Part shown: in pieces, positions 32,220 through 42,882 of the stretch
Layout: the number at the start of each line of letters is the position of its first letter
Numbering within the stretch: the stretch's first letter is position 1
From: an uncultured Campylobacter sp.
GTDB lineage: Bacteria > Campylobacterota > Campylobacteria > Campylobacterales > Campylobacteraceae
NCBI GenBank assembly: GCA_963526985.1
Contig: CAURPW010000004.1
Span: 79,480 to 143,479, forward strand
Reading direction: 5' to 3'
Length of the DNA: 64,000 nt
The notes under the pieces: generated by a model
Seen by the model: only the letters and a program-made list of their open reading frames with translations
Told to the model about the DNA's origin: nothing
Databases searched by the model: none
Made by a program: the position numbers and the translations under genes

Positions 32220-32987
32220 CTACTTATCAAACTGACTAACGCGGTCTTTAGGCGGCAGAAACGATAGCAGTTTCATTTCAAGCGTCCTAGGGTTGTCGCC
32301 GGCTTGGATAGCCATTATGCCCTCTAGCATTAGCACCTTTGCCGTACCTTCGTCCTTGTCGCGGATACTTAGGATGTTTGCCACCGGCGAGCCGAGGATG
32401 TTTCCTATCATCGCTCCGTAAAGCGTCGTGATAAGAGCGACCGCCATCGACGGACCGATAGCCGAAGGATCGGACATGTTCATTAGCATCGCAACCAGGC
32501 CGATGAGCGTACCGATCATACCCATCGAGCCCGCAAAACCCGCGATTTGCTCAAAAATTTTGATATTATCGCCGTGCCTCGAGCTAGCCTGCTCCATATC
32601 TATCTCAAGCAGCGATCTGATGGCGTCCGGTTCGTTGCCGTCAACTGCCATGGATAAGCCTTTTTTTAGAAACGGATCAGTTTCGTTATTTGCGTCGCTT
32701 TCAAGCGCCAAAATACCGTCGCGGCGAGCTTTTGTAGAGTACTCGACCATTTTTTTTACGATTTCGGGCAGATTATAGGTTTTAGGTTTTGCGGCAATGC
32801 CGTAAAACGTGCCTAATTTTTTTATCTGCTCCATCTTAAAGCCGATCATCAAAGCGCAAATCGTACCGCCAAAAACGATCAAAACCGAGGGAATATCGAT
32901 ATAAGCTCCGATTCCGACGCCCATTTGCATCGAACCGAGCAAAAGCACCATAACAACTATCCAACCGACGACGCTACCTAAATCCAT
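32220..32987 (-). CDS. motA: flagellar stator MotA
   Basis: ARRDGILALE, GMIGTLIGL, MAVALITTLYG. Confidence 0.96.
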   Translation of the reverse strand: MDLGSVVGWIVVMVLLLGSMQMGVGIGAYIDIPSVLIVFGGTICALMIGFKMEQIKKLGTFYGIAAKPKTYNLPEIVKKMVEYSTKARRDGILALESDANNETDPFLKKGLSMAVDGNEPDAIRSLLEIDMEQASSRHGDNIKIFEQIAGFAGSMGMIGTLIGLVAMLMNMSDPSAIGPSMAVALITTLYGAMIGNILGSPVANILSIRDKDEGTAKVLMLEGIMAIQAGDNPRTLEMKLLSFLPPKDRVSQFDK

Positions 32988-33068
32988 CTTGAACTTTCCA
33001 CCTATAAAATTTGGTTTGTATTTTAGTTTTTTTTAGTTGAAAAAACAGTTAAACTCAGGCTAGCTCTT

Positions 33069-33085
33069 TGCAAAATACGTTCCAA
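33069..33085 (-). promoter_or_regulatory. sigma54 promoter upstream of motA
   Basis: Minus strand TTGGAAC-GTATT-TTGCA, correct -24/-12 spacing. Confidence 0.72.
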
Positions 33086-33331
33086 ACCGGTATAATTTTT
33101 TTCAAAAAACGCATTTTGGTTTAAATTTCGATTTTTGCGCGCTTTGGGCGATGAATTTTATCCTAACGTTTAGGCGCGATTTTAGAAGTAAATTCGGCTG
33201 ATACCGCCAAGTTAAATTTTTAAAAGAGGGCAAATTTAAGGCGGCAAATCTACCGCCTTTACTAGAGTTAAATTTGATCTATTTTAAGGTAAAATTTTAA
33301 GTATTGAGGCACGAAGCTAGGCTAAGCTTAG

Positions 33332-34474
33332 CTAAGCTCTTTTTGGTTTAAACGCCCTTTTTGCCGTCATATAAAATCCGCTAAATATAAAAAGCGCCAT
33401 CAAAAGCGAAACCGCCGACCACAAAATTTTACCCGCAATCCCGAAAAAATACCCCGTATGCAGCTGGTAGTTCGCGCTTTTTACCATACCCGCCGTTATG
33501 CCCTCGGTTTGCTTTTGCTCCACCATCTTGCCCTCTTTTACGTCTACGGACGTCATTTTAGGAAAAGCCGTACTAGGCGCATCAGGCTCGTAGTATCTGA
33601 CGTTTATCTTATCTCCGGCTGCTAGCATCAAGCTAAGTTCTTTATACTCCGTGCCGCTTGATTTAAATATCTCGTAAGCTCTCTGCGCGTCGCTAAATTT
33701 ATACTCGGCGCTCTTTTTAGCCTCGTCTTTTACAAGACCCGGCTTGGACTCGTTTTGGGGCATATTTTGCGAACTGACGAAAAGTTTCATTTCCATATCG
33801 CTATACCAGCGGTACGACCACGTTAGACCCGTTAAACAGATAACTAGATAGATTACCGCGCTTAAGGCGCCTAGGCTCGTGTGCAGGTTGTGAAAAAGGG
33901 CGTATTTTTTGAGTTTAAAATTCGGCGTGATAGCTGCGGAAAATTTTTGCTTAAGGCGCGGAAAATGTAGCCAAACGCCGCTTATCACGAGGATTATCAT
34001 AGCAACCGTGCTTGCGCCTACGATCTGCTTGCCGACCTCGCCCGCAGTTTTGTCGCCGCTTAGCGCAAGGCCTAAATTTCGGTGCAGCGACATAACCGTG
34101 CGCACGAAAGCGGTGCCGTAGTCCTTGCCGATTATTTGCGCGGTATAGGGATTAACCAAGTACGCTTCGCTCCTGCTAGCGTAAATTTTGACCGCTTCGT
34201 TTCCGCTTTTTTGCAGCACCAGCCTTGCGGGCTGTTTGACGCCCGTTTGCTCGCTAAAGCTTTGCAAAATTTTCTCCACGCTTAGCATTTCGCCGGTTTT
34301 TTCGACCTTGACGGAGTTTAAATTTATAAGCTCCTCAAGCTCGTTTTGATACGACAAAATCGCGCCCGTAATGCCGACAAGAAGTAGCGGAATAGCAAAA
34401 ACTATCGACAAAATTAGGTGGAGATTAAACAAAAATTTATTTTTCCTAAGCATTTTTTTAAAAAATGAAAACAA
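33332..34474 (-). CDS. PepSY-associated TM helix protein
   Basis: Four LH motifs, TGAILSY, YLVNPYT, LHTG. Confidence 0.87.
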   Translation of the reverse strand: MFSFFKKMLRKNKFLFNLHLILSIVFAIPLLLVGITGAILSYQNELEELINLNSVKVEKTGEMLSVEKILQSFSEQTGVKQPARLVLQKSGNEAVKIYASRSEAYLVNPYTAQIIGKDYGTAFVRTVMSLHRNLGLALSGDKTAGEVGKQIVGASTVAMIILVISGVWLHFPRLKQKFSAAITPNFKLKKYALFHNLHTSLGALSAVIYLVICLTGLTWSYRWYSDMEMKLFVSSQNMPQNESKPGLVKDEAKKSAEYKFSDAQRAYEIFKSSGTEYKELSLMLAAGDKINVRYYEPDAPSTAFPKMTSVDVKEGKMVEQKQTEGITAGMVKSANYQLHTGYFFGIAGKILWSAVSLLMALFIFSGFYMTAKRAFKPKRA

Positions 34475-34625
34475 ACCGTATCCTTTATCGTAAATTTGAT
34501 TTTGATTATGCTAAAAGGTCGTGATTATATTGTTTAATCCTTAAGATTTTGTTAATCGCAAAAACCTTAATCGCGCATTTAGCAAATTTGAGATAAAATC
34601 GCTCAAATTTAAACAAGGAAAAAAG

Positions 34626-35945
34626 ATGAGCGATATCGGCGTAGTGGTGCTTGCCGCGGGGCTTGGCACGAGGATGAAATCAACCAAACCAAAGGTACTT
34701 TTCGAGCTTTGCGGGGAGCCGATGATTACCCATATTTTGCGCAAGGCTTATGAGATCAGTAGCGACGTGAGCGTGGTTTTGAGCTATCAAAAAGAGCTCG
34801 TTGAAGCCAAAATCAAAGAAATTTTCCCCCAAACTAAAATTTACGAACAAAATTTAAAAGATTTCCCCGGCACTGCGGGCGCGCTAAAAAACATCCCGCT
34901 AAATAGCGAAAAAACGCTGATTTTGTGCGGAGATATGCCGCTTATCAAAACCAACGACCTAATCCGCCTAAGCGCGGGCAACGCAGACGTCGCGCTAAGC
35001 GTTTTTGAGGCCGCAGACCCCTACGGCTACGGCCGCGTCATCATAAATAACGGCAAAGTAGAGGCTATCGTCGAGCAAAAAGACGCGACTGAGACGCAAA
35101 AAATGATAAAAAGCGCAAACGCCGGCTGCTACTGCTTTAAAAGCAAAGTTTTACGCGAGATTTTGCCCCTCATCGGTAACGAAAACTCGCAGAAAGAATT
35201 TTATCTAACAGATGCGATAAAAATCGCAAACGAGCGCGGTCTAAAATGCTGGGCCGTCAATGTCGAAGAGCAAAATTTCATGGGCATAAACGATAAATTT
35301 CAGCTAAGCATCGCCCAAAATTTGATGCAGGATGAAATCAAGAAAAATTTGATGAAAGCGGGCGTGCTAATGCGTCTGCCAAATAGCGTCTATATCGATA
35401 GCCGCGCGAAATTTGAAGGCGAATGCGAACTGCAAGAAAACGTAAGCATCATCGGAGAGTGCCTCATCAAAAACTCCGTCATCAAAAGCGGCTCGGTCGT
35501 AGAAAACTCCGTCATCGAAGACTCGGACGTCGGCCCTCTAGCGCACCTGCGCCCAAAATGCGAGATCAAAAACACTCACATCGGAAATTTCGTCGAGCTA
35601 AAAGCAGCCAGGCTAAACGGCGTCAAGGCAGGCCATCTAAGCTATCTGGGCGACTGCGAGATCGGCCCTGGTACAAACGTAGGCTGCGGCACGATCACGT
35701 GCAACTACGACGGCAAAGCCAAGCACAAAACGATCATCGGCAAAAACGTCTTTATCGGCTCGGATACGCAGCTGGTTGCTCCCGTAAATGTCGGCGACGA
35801 CGTGATAATCGCCGCGGGAAGCACCGTAACTAGCGACGTACCAAACGGCGCGCTAGCCATCAGCCGCACGAAACAGGTAAATAAAGAAGGCTTTTTCTAC
35901 AAATTTTTTAACGACGCAAAAAGCGACGAAAATGCTAAAAAATAA
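34626..35945 (+). CDS. glmU: bifunctional GlmU
   Basis: LAAGLGTRMKS..PK, HLSYLGD, TITCNYDG. Confidence 0.97.
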   Translation: MSDIGVVVLAAGLGTRMKSTKPKVLFELCGEPMITHILRKAYEISSDVSVVLSYQKELVEAKIKEIFPQTKIYEQNLKDFPGTAGALKNIPLNSEKTLILCGDMPLIKTNDLIRLSAGNADVALSVFEAADPYGYGRVIINNGKVEAIVEQKDATETQKMIKSANAGCYCFKSKVLREILPLIGNENSQKEFYLTDAIKIANERGLKCWAVNVEEQNFMGINDKFQLSIAQNLMQDEIKKNLMKAGVLMRLPNSVYIDSRAKFEGECELQENVSIIGECLIKNSVIKSGSVVENSVIEDSDVGPLAHLRPKCEIKNTHIGNFVELKAARLNGVKAGHLSYLGDCEIGPGTNVGCGTITCNYDGKAKHKTIIGKNVFIGSDTQLVAPVNVGDDVIIAAGSTVTSDVPNGALAISRTKQVNKEGFFYKFFNDAKSDENAKK

Positions 35946-37107
35946 AAAAATTTTGCTCGCGGTTTGCGGCAGTATCGCGTTTTATAAGGCTTATGAAATT
36001 TTATCCGCGCTAAAAAAAGAAGGCGCGGACGTGCGGGTTATGCTTAGCGACGGAGCGCTCAAATTTTGCTCGGAAGCAGGCTTTGAAGCGCTGTGCGAGC
36101 ATAAAATTTTAACCTCGCGCACGGAGAGTTGGCAGGACGGGCTAAATCACATCGCCTATGCTAAAACCGATCTGATCCTCATCGCGCCCGCGAGCGTAAA
36201 TACGATAAACAAGCTTGCAAGCGGCATTTGCGATAACGTTTTCATGCAGACTCTGATCGCTAGCCCCGCTCCCCTACTCATCGCGCCGGCAGCCAACGAC
36301 AAAATGATAAATCACTTCTCCACACGCAAAAATTTCGAATTTTTAGCGGAAAACGGCGCGAGTTTTATCGAGCCGGTAGAAAAAACCCTAGCCTGCGGCG
36401 ATATGGGCAAAGGCGCGCTAGCAGACGTTTCAACGATCATCTACGAAACCAAAAGAATGCTAACGGAGCCAAAATTTAAAGGACAAAAGGTGATCGTCAC
36501 GGGCGGCGCCACGAGCGAAAAGATCGACGACGTAAGGGCCGTGACGAATTTATCCAGCGGCAAGACGGCAAAAGCGCTGGCGGACGCCTTTTACTACGCG
36601 GGCGCGGACGTGACGCTCATAGCTAGCTTTGAGACGGCAAACGCGCCATATAAAACGCTCAAATTTCAAAGCTCGGCGGAGTTAAAAGAGCTGCTACGCG
36701 CAAATTTGACGGACGCAAATTTGCTCGCGATGGCGGCTGCGGTTAGCGACTATGCTCCAAAAACCAAATTTGAAGGCAAACTAAAAAAGCAAAACTTAGG
36801 CGAAATTTGGACGCTAGAGCTAGCGCAAAATGACGACGTTTTAGGCTCTTTGGCGGATTTTAAAAACGTCAAAAAAATCGGCTTTAAAATGGAAACGGAC
36901 GCCTCAAACGCTATGCAAAATGCAAAAAATATGCTTGAAAAAAAGAGCCTCGACGCCGTTTGCCTAAACGTGCTTGGCGGCGAGGTAAATTTCGGCTCGG
37001 ATAGCACGCAAATCACCTTTATCACGCATCGGGGCGCGCAAAATATCGCGCTAACGTCCAAAGAGGATGCGGCGCGGCAAATCGTAAATTTAGCAAGCAA
37101 GCTATGA
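35932..37107 (+). CDS. coaBC: phosphopantothenoylcysteine decarboxylase/ligase
   Basis: GSIAFYK, LACGDMGKG, IDDVR..TNLSSG, AAAVSDY. Confidence 0.95.
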   Translation: MLKNKKILLAVCGSIAFYKAYEILSALKKEGADVRVMLSDGALKFCSEAGFEALCEHKILTSRTESWQDGLNHIAYAKTDLILIAPASVNTINKLASGICDNVFMQTLIASPAPLLIAPAANDKMINHFSTRKNFEFLAENGASFIEPVEKTLACGDMGKGALADVSTIIYETKRMLTEPKFKGQKVIVTGGATSEKIDDVRAVTNLSSGKTAKALADAFYYAGADVTLIASFETANAPYKTLKFQSSAELKELLRANLTDANLLAMAAAVSDYAPKTKFEGKLKKQNLGEIWTLELAQNDDVLGSLADFKNVKKIGFKMETDASNAMQNAKNMLEKKSLDAVCLNVLGGEVNFGSDSTQITFITHRGAQNIALTSKEDAARQIVNLASKL

Positions 37108-37784
37108 TAAATCCCATCTCACGAGTGCAAAAAATCACAAGCGGCGGCGCTGGCACGGCTCTAAACGCGAGCCTGCCCATCAGTATCAGAGTCGCCGAAA
37201 AGACGGGCTACAATCGCTACAATCTCAAAATGGGCAACAAAATTCTAAGCACGAAAAGCATGAAAAGCCTCGACGTGGACGGCGAATACTGGGGCGAGAT
37301 AGCAAGCGGCACCGAAAATATCGTGATAAGAAATCTCTTTAAAAAGCCGAGCTTATCCTACGCCGCGCCCGATGGACTCGCGCTAATAGAAAGGCTGATA
37401 GGCAAGCCTAATCTAAACTGGTTTTATGAATATATATTTAACGGCCTTAGCGCGGCAGACTCGCGAGAAACGTTTGAAAATCTAGCTCAAATGCTGCTTG
37501 CGCTACAAAAAAATATCATTAATATTTCGTTTGTTTATAACGACGCAAAAGGCGTTTTTCAGATGAAATTTGACGGCGCCCGGACGAGTCAAATTTACCT
37601 CGTTTTTTCAAATTTCGCTCCGATTATTTTTACGCTAAAAGGCGCCAGGATAATCAGCGCACAAACGCCGTTTGAAAAGGTCACTAGGCTTTTGCGAAAT
37701 GAATTTGACTGCGAAGCGCAAACGACGCAAAACATCGCCGCTTTTTTTGATCCAAGCGGCAAAATAATTGATTTTAAGGGCTAA
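37104..37784 (+). CDS. conserved hypothetical protein
   Basis: Overlaps coaBC stop; host-like codon usage. Confidence 0.75.
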   Translation: MINPISRVQKITSGGAGTALNASLPISIRVAEKTGYNRYNLKMGNKILSTKSMKSLDVDGEYWGEIASGTENIVIRNLFKKPSLSYAAPDGLALIERLIGKPNLNWFYEYIFNGLSAADSRETFENLAQMLLALQKNIINISFVYNDAKGVFQMKFDGARTSQIYLVFSNFAPIIFTLKGARIISAQTPFEKVTRLLRNEFDCEAQTTQNIAAFFDPSGKIIDFKG

Positions 37785-37785
37785 A

Positions 37786-38487
37786 ATGAACAAGCTAAAT
37801 CACCTAGCTATCATCATGGACGGCAACGGCAGATGGGCCAAGCGCCGCGGTTTGCTACGCACCAAAGGGCACGAAACGGGCGCGAACGTCGTGGAGCAGA
37901 TGTGCGAGTTTTGCATCGACGAGGGCGTGGCGGTGCTGAGCCTATACGCATTTAGCACCGAAAACTGGAAGCGTCCAAAGAGCGAAGTGGCGTTTTTGAT
38001 GGAGCTTTTGCATAAATTTTTGCTCTCAAAACGCGAGAGTTTTATTAAAAACGGCATCAAATTTAACGTTATCGGCGACGAAAGTCCGCTAAGCGACAAG
38101 CTAAAAAACGAGATAAACGGTATCAAAAACGCAACCGCTCAAAACTCTAGACTAAAGCTAAATTTAGCGCTAAACTACGGCGCAAAAGATGAAATTTTAA
38201 GAGCTTTTAGGAGATTTTGCGAAAAAAACGGCGGCGAATTTGACGCCCAAAACCTAACTCTAAATTTAAGCGAAGATAGCCTGCAAGCCTGCCTTGATGA
38301 GCCCGTGCCCATCGACCTTCTCGTGCGCACGGGCGGCGAGCAGAGGCTGTCAAATTTTATGCTTTGGCAGGCTAGCTACGCCGAGTTTGCCTTTACGCCC
38401 ACGCTTTGGCCTGATTTTACGCGCGAGGAGCTAGCCTTGATAACAGCCAAATTTAAGAAAAAAGACAGAAGGTTCGGCGGAATATAA
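37786..38487 (+). CDS. uppS: undecaprenyl diphosphate synthase
   Basis: HLAIIMDGNGRW, FSTENWKRP, RTGGEQRLSNF, RRFGG. Confidence 0.96.
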   Translation: MNKLNHLAIIMDGNGRWAKRRGLLRTKGHETGANVVEQMCEFCIDEGVAVLSLYAFSTENWKRPKSEVAFLMELLHKFLLSKRESFIKNGIKFNVIGDESPLSDKLKNEINGIKNATAQNSRLKLNLALNYGAKDEILRAFRRFCEKNGGEFDAQNLTLNLSEDSLQACLDEPVPIDLLVRTGGEQRLSNFMLWQASYAEFAFTPTLWPDFTREELALITAKFKKKDRRFGGI

Positions 38488-38848
38488 AATTTGGCGATTT
38501 TAGCTGTCGCCCTCTTTTAAATTTACGTCTTTTTATTTTATCCGCTCGCAAAAAAGGCTTTTAAATTTTACGAGCCAAAAGCCTTGAGGCAGCGCCTTTT
38601 TGCATAAATTTTTAACCCAAATCTTTAAATTTAAAATCATTCAAGGCAATATTTCGCTAAAATCGCCTTTAAATTTTTGCATTTTATATTTTTGCGGCGC
38701 AAAAGACGAGGCAAATTTTAGATCAAATTAACGCGATAAATCAGCAATTTTACGCAAAGATTATCTTTTAAAACGTCGCGACTTGGTTTAAAAAGCCCAG
38801 TTTTTAGCGCAAGCTCGCAAAAACGGAATAAATTTAAATAGGAGAGTT

Positions 38849-39655
38849 ATGTTTTTTGCCGTTTTGTTTTTTATATTGGGTGCCGCAGTCGGCAGCTTTA
38901 GCAACGTCTTAATCTACCGTATGCCGCGCGGCGAGAGCATAAATTTCCCCGCCTCGCACTGCCAAAGCTGTAAAACTCCGCTAAAGCCGTATCACAACGT
39001 CCCGATTTTTGCGTGGCTGTTTTTGCGCGGCAAATGCGCGTTTTGCGGCGAAAAAATCAGCTTTCAGTATCCGCTCATTGAGCTTGCTAGCGCCCTACTT
39101 TGCGTGCTTGCGTACTTTTATGAAACGAGCGGGCTAGAGATGTTTGCAGACGGCTTTTACGGCGCGATTTTTAAGGCGGCGATGCTTGGTATCTGCTTTA
39201 TCTTGCTGCTAGCGCTTAGCTTGATTGACTTTCGCTACAAAGCAGTTCCAGATCCGCTTCTTTTTGCCAGCGTCGCATTTTCTCTGCTTTACGGCTTCAA
39301 TCTCCCCTCCTCTTTTGACTCGCAGGGGCTTTTACGCGCATTTGATTCGTTTATAAACGCTGCGATTTTTATGTTTGCTTTTTGGCTACTTCGCGCGCTC
39401 GTTAGTCTAGCCCTTAAGCGCGAAGCCATGGGCTCTGCAGATATTTTTATCGCGGGCGTTATGGGTGCGATTTTAGGTATCAAGCTCGGCCTCATGGCGA
39501 TCTACGTCTCGGCGCTGCTGACGCTGCCCGCATACGTTATCGTGCGAAAGCGCGGATATGAGCTGCCTTTCGTGCCGTTTCTAAGCCTTGCTACGCTTAT
39601 CGTTTATGCGTTTAAGGATTGGTTTATCTACATCTTGGGGCTCATTTATGGATAG
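38849..39655 (+). CDS. prepilin peptidase (A24)
   Basis: GSFSNV.IYR.P, two CxxC pairs, MGSAD, PFVPFL. Confidence 0.92.
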   Translation: MFFAVLFFILGAAVGSFSNVLIYRMPRGESINFPASHCQSCKTPLKPYHNVPIFAWLFLRGKCAFCGEKISFQYPLIELASALLCVLAYFYETSGLEMFADGFYGAIFKAAMLGICFILLLALSLIDFRYKAVPDPLLFASVAFSLLYGFNLPSSFDSQGLLRAFDSFINAAIFMFAFWLLRALVSLALKREAMGSADIFIAGVMGAILGIKLGLMAIYVSALLTLPAYVIVRKRGYELPFVPFLSLATLIVYAFKDWFIYILGLIYG

Positions 39656-40673
39656 GACGGCGCGCTATCTCTTATCAAACTTTCTAGGCACGTTCGCATC
39701 TCTATTTGCGACGCTTTTTCTCATCATGTCGATCGTATTTTTTATCCAGATCGCGCGCATCACCTCCTATATCGAGATCACGTTTTTAGAGCTTTTTAAG
39801 CTTTATATGTTTATGTTGCCTAGAGTGCTGCTTTTTACCGTACCGATCGCGTTTTTTGCATCTCTTGCGCTTATGTTTTTCAGGCTTTCTCGCGAAAACG
39901 AGAGTATCGTGCTTTTTACGCTCGGATATTCGCCCGTTAGGATCGCCAAATTTTTCCTCATCGTTAGCGGTGCGGTTTCAGCCTTCCTCATCGTTACTGC
40001 GGTAGTGCTGATCCCCACGGCTGCGGAGCTAAACTCAAATTTCGTCTCATACAAAAAAACCGTCGCCAAGCTAAATTTAAAAACAACCGAATTCGGGCAA
40101 AAATTCTCCGACTGGATGGTCTTCATCCAAAACGAGAAAAGCGATGAAAACGGCACTCTTTACGAGGGCGTGACGCTTTATTCGCCAAAAGAGGGCGCGC
40201 ATAGGTTCGTTCTAGCCAAAAACGCTCGCCTAACTAATAGCAATGCCACGATCGAGCTTACGCTAGCCGAGGGTAAAATTTACGATATCGGCGATACATC
40301 GTGGCATAAAACGGACTTTGGCACGATGAAGATCCGCACCGTCCAAGAGGACAGCGTCGCGCAGACGAAGTCGTTTTGGCAGTATTGGCAAATGATGAGC
40401 GAGGATAAAAAGCGCGCTAAAGACTTCGCGACCTACGTTCTTATCGCACTTTTTCCACTAGCGACGACGCTCTTTGCTTTGAGTCTGGGTATCGTGACCT
40501 ACCGCTACGAAAAGGGCTTTGTGTATTTTGGGATATTTGGCGTGCTATTTGGCTATTTTACGCTCATTATGCTCTTTAGTTCGCGCGTTTTTATCGCGAT
40601 TGCGGCGATATTTTCGCTATTTTTTATCGCCTCTATTTTTAGCTTTAGGGCTAAAATTTTAAAAAGATACTAA
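39648..40673 (+). CDS. LptF/LptG family permease
   Basis: RLSRENE..V....G.S motif, 3+3 TM layout; ATG at 39648. Confidence 0.88.
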   Translation: MDRTARYLLSNFLGTFASLFATLFLIMSIVFFIQIARITSYIEITFLELFKLYMFMLPRVLLFTVPIAFFASLALMFFRLSRENESIVLFTLGYSPVRIAKFFLIVSGAVSAFLIVTAVVLIPTAAELNSNFVSYKKTVAKLNLKTTEFGQKFSDWMVFIQNEKSDENGTLYEGVTLYSPKEGAHRFVLAKNARLTNSNATIELTLAEGKIYDIGDTSWHKTDFGTMKIRTVQEDSVAQTKSFWQYWQMMSEDKKRAKDFATYVLIALFPLATTLFALSLGIVTYRYEKGFVYFGIFGVLFGYFTLIMLFSSRVFIAIAAIFSLFFIASIFSFRAKILKRY

Positions 40674-41684
40674 GTGCGCCTTAAGCTCGTTTTTAGTTAC
40701 GACGGGTCGAAATTTCAGGGCTCACAGACCCAACCGCACGAAAACGGCGTCGAGGACGCTCTGGGCGCGGCTCTAGCGCACGTGGGCATTTTTGGCAAAA
40801 TAATCTCTAGCTCGCGCACCGATAAGGGCGTGCATGCAAACAACCAAGTAGCCTGCGTCGAGTGCGGCGAGCATTTTAGCGACTTTACGCGTCTAAAATC
40901 GCTCATCAACCGCCACGCTCACCCAGCCGTTCACGTTAAACTTATAAGCCGCGCGCAGGACTGCTTTCACCCGCGATACGACGCTACGGCCAGAACCTAC
41001 CGCTACGTTATAAATCACGGCGAGTTTTCTCCTTTTTTAGCGCCTTACGAGACTTTTTTGCCGAAATTTGACCTAAATTTAGCAAACGAGCTGCTTGCGC
41101 TTTTTGTCGGCGAGCATGATTTTAGCGCGTTTATGAAGCTTGGCAGCGACGTCAAAAGCCCCGTGCGGCGCGTCAAAAAAGCGTTTTGTTACGCGCGCAG
41201 CGAGCGGTCGATCATCGTTTTTAAAGCAAACGGCTTTTTGCGCGCCCAGGTTCGCCTCATGGTCGCTAGCGTCCTTAAGGCACTCGAGCTTGCCAAAAAC
41301 GGCAAATTTAAAGAAACGGACGCGCAGGAGTTTAAATTTGAACGTGCGCAGAAGGCAAAGCCGGACGGCAAGGCAAATTTAAACCAAAAAAGCCGCGAAA
41401 AAAACTTAATCGCAAGCGACGAAAGCGTAAATTTGAGCGCCGAACACGTAGTTTGCGGCATCTCAAATTTTGACGCTACAAACTCAAATTTAAACAAGGC
41501 CGAAAGCATAGATACCGAAAAAATTCGCGCAAAAATCGGCGATAAAAACTCAAACGGTTGCCGAGATGCAAATTTCCTCAAAGCAAAAGAGCTTTTGCGC
41601 CGAGCTATCTACGAGCAAAAGCCGCTCACGCGTATCCCCGCGCCGCCAAACGGCCTTTACCTAAACCGAGTTTTTTACGAATGA
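40674..41684 (+). CDS. truA: tRNA pseudouridine(38-40) synthase with ~90-aa insertion
   Basis: YDGS.F.G.Q, SRTDKGVHA, GEHDF, FLRAQVR, APPNGLYL. Confidence 0.93.
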   Translation: MRLKLVFSYDGSKFQGSQTQPHENGVEDALGAALAHVGIFGKIISSSRTDKGVHANNQVACVECGEHFSDFTRLKSLINRHAHPAVHVKLISRAQDCFHPRYDATARTYRYVINHGEFSPFLAPYETFLPKFDLNLANELLALFVGEHDFSAFMKLGSDVKSPVRRVKKAFCYARSERSIIVFKANGFLRAQVRLMVASVLKALELAKNGKFKETDAQEFKFERAQKAKPDGKANLNQKSREKNLIASDESVNLSAEHVVCGISNFDATNSNLNKAESIDTEKIRAKIGDKNSNGCRDANFLKAKELLRRAIYEQKPLTRIPAPPNGLYLNRVFYE

Positions 41685-42673
41685 TAAACCCAAAAATAAA
41701 AGAAGCCATCGCCGCCGTAACGCAAAAACAAAATGAGTGTAAACAAAAGCTGCTTAAGCGCTATGCTTTGCTTTTTGTAATCGTCTTATTTTTTGTTTCT
41801 CCTGCTTTACCTTACGGCAGAGATTTTGCCGCATGGGTCATAGCTGCAAACGGCTGGGGCGAGTATGCGATACTTACGATGTTTTTGCTTTGGGCGATCA
41901 CGGCTGTCTATGCCGTAAATGAATACATTAGATTCTTATCTAGATTTAGGCTGATAACCCAATACGAATACTTGATGTTTTACAAAAATACATTCGTAAA
42001 AGTCGTCATAGAAGGGCTTGGCGCCGATTTAACATATGAGCCTAAAAGCAACATAGGCATAAATGCTCTAAACAAGGCACAAATTTACTCCCTAGCCGCC
42101 AAAAGCTACGGCGAAGACGCGATAAAAGGTTGTCTTGGTAGTATGAAATTTACCGTCTGCGAGGTGATAAGCCCTGAGCGAGAAATTAGCGGCAGCGGAT
42201 ATTTAGCTCAGGCAGTCTCGCTAGCCCTTTATATTTACGAAAAGATTACGAATTTTAGCGGCACGGTGGTGATTTGCGAACTTGGCAATAGCTTAAAAAC
42301 CCAAACCGTCATCATAGATAAAAAAGCAACTAATCTTAAAATGCCGCTGCAAAAAACAGGGCTTTGCGGTGACTGGCTTAACGATTTTAATGTTTTTACG
42401 GACGATGAAACAAAGGCGCGCTATCTTTTAAGCCCCGGTTTTATGCAACGCCTGCGCGAGGTTAAGCAGGGTTTTGACGACGCGGTATCGCTAAGCGCAG
42501 CATTTATGGACGATAAATTTTACCTCTTTTTAAACGGCGCAAAAAACCGTTTTGAAAGTTCGCTCTTTAACCCGCCGCTAAGCCTTTCTGACGCACAGGC
42601 CATAAAAGACGAGATATTGCGGCTATTACGCGTCATAGACGAGTTAAATTTGAGCCTTGACGTTTATAAATAA
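41681..42673 (+). CDS. membrane protein, DUF3137-like
   Basis: Two TMs, GEDAIKG, F.VFTDD...ARYLLSP.FMQRL; ATG at 41681 overlaps truA stop. Confidence 0.72.
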   Translation: MINPKIKEAIAAVTQKQNECKQKLLKRYALLFVIVLFFVSPALPYGRDFAAWVIAANGWGEYAILTMFLLWAITAVYAVNEYIRFLSRFRLITQYEYLMFYKNTFVKVVIEGLGADLTYEPKSNIGINALNKAQIYSLAAKSYGEDAIKGCLGSMKFTVCEVISPEREISGSGYLAQAVSLALYIYEKITNFSGTVVICELGNSLKTQTVIIDKKATNLKMPLQKTGLCGDWLNDFNVFTDDETKARYLLSPGFMQRLREVKQGFDDAVSLSAAFMDDKFYLFLNGAKNRFESSLFNPPLSLSDAQAIKDEILRLLRVIDELNLSLDVYK

Positions 42674-42882
42674 TTTTGCTTGATCGGTAAATTTTGCCGA
42701 CTACGGAGCTAAAATTTGAGCGTAAATTCGCTCAGAAATTTAAATATAGCGCGAATTAAACGCGCAAAACTTCGCAACGCCGCGTAAAGTCGGTCTCTCG
42801 TGGCAGGCGCATATTTTCAAATTTAACGGCGCTAATCTAAAAATAAATACGGCCGGCGCTTGCTCATAAATTTGAGCCGAAT

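Noticed and set aside
38491..38610. Hydrophobic broken frame between uppS and prepilin peptidase
   Set aside because: Too short to assign; may be a remnant or chance.
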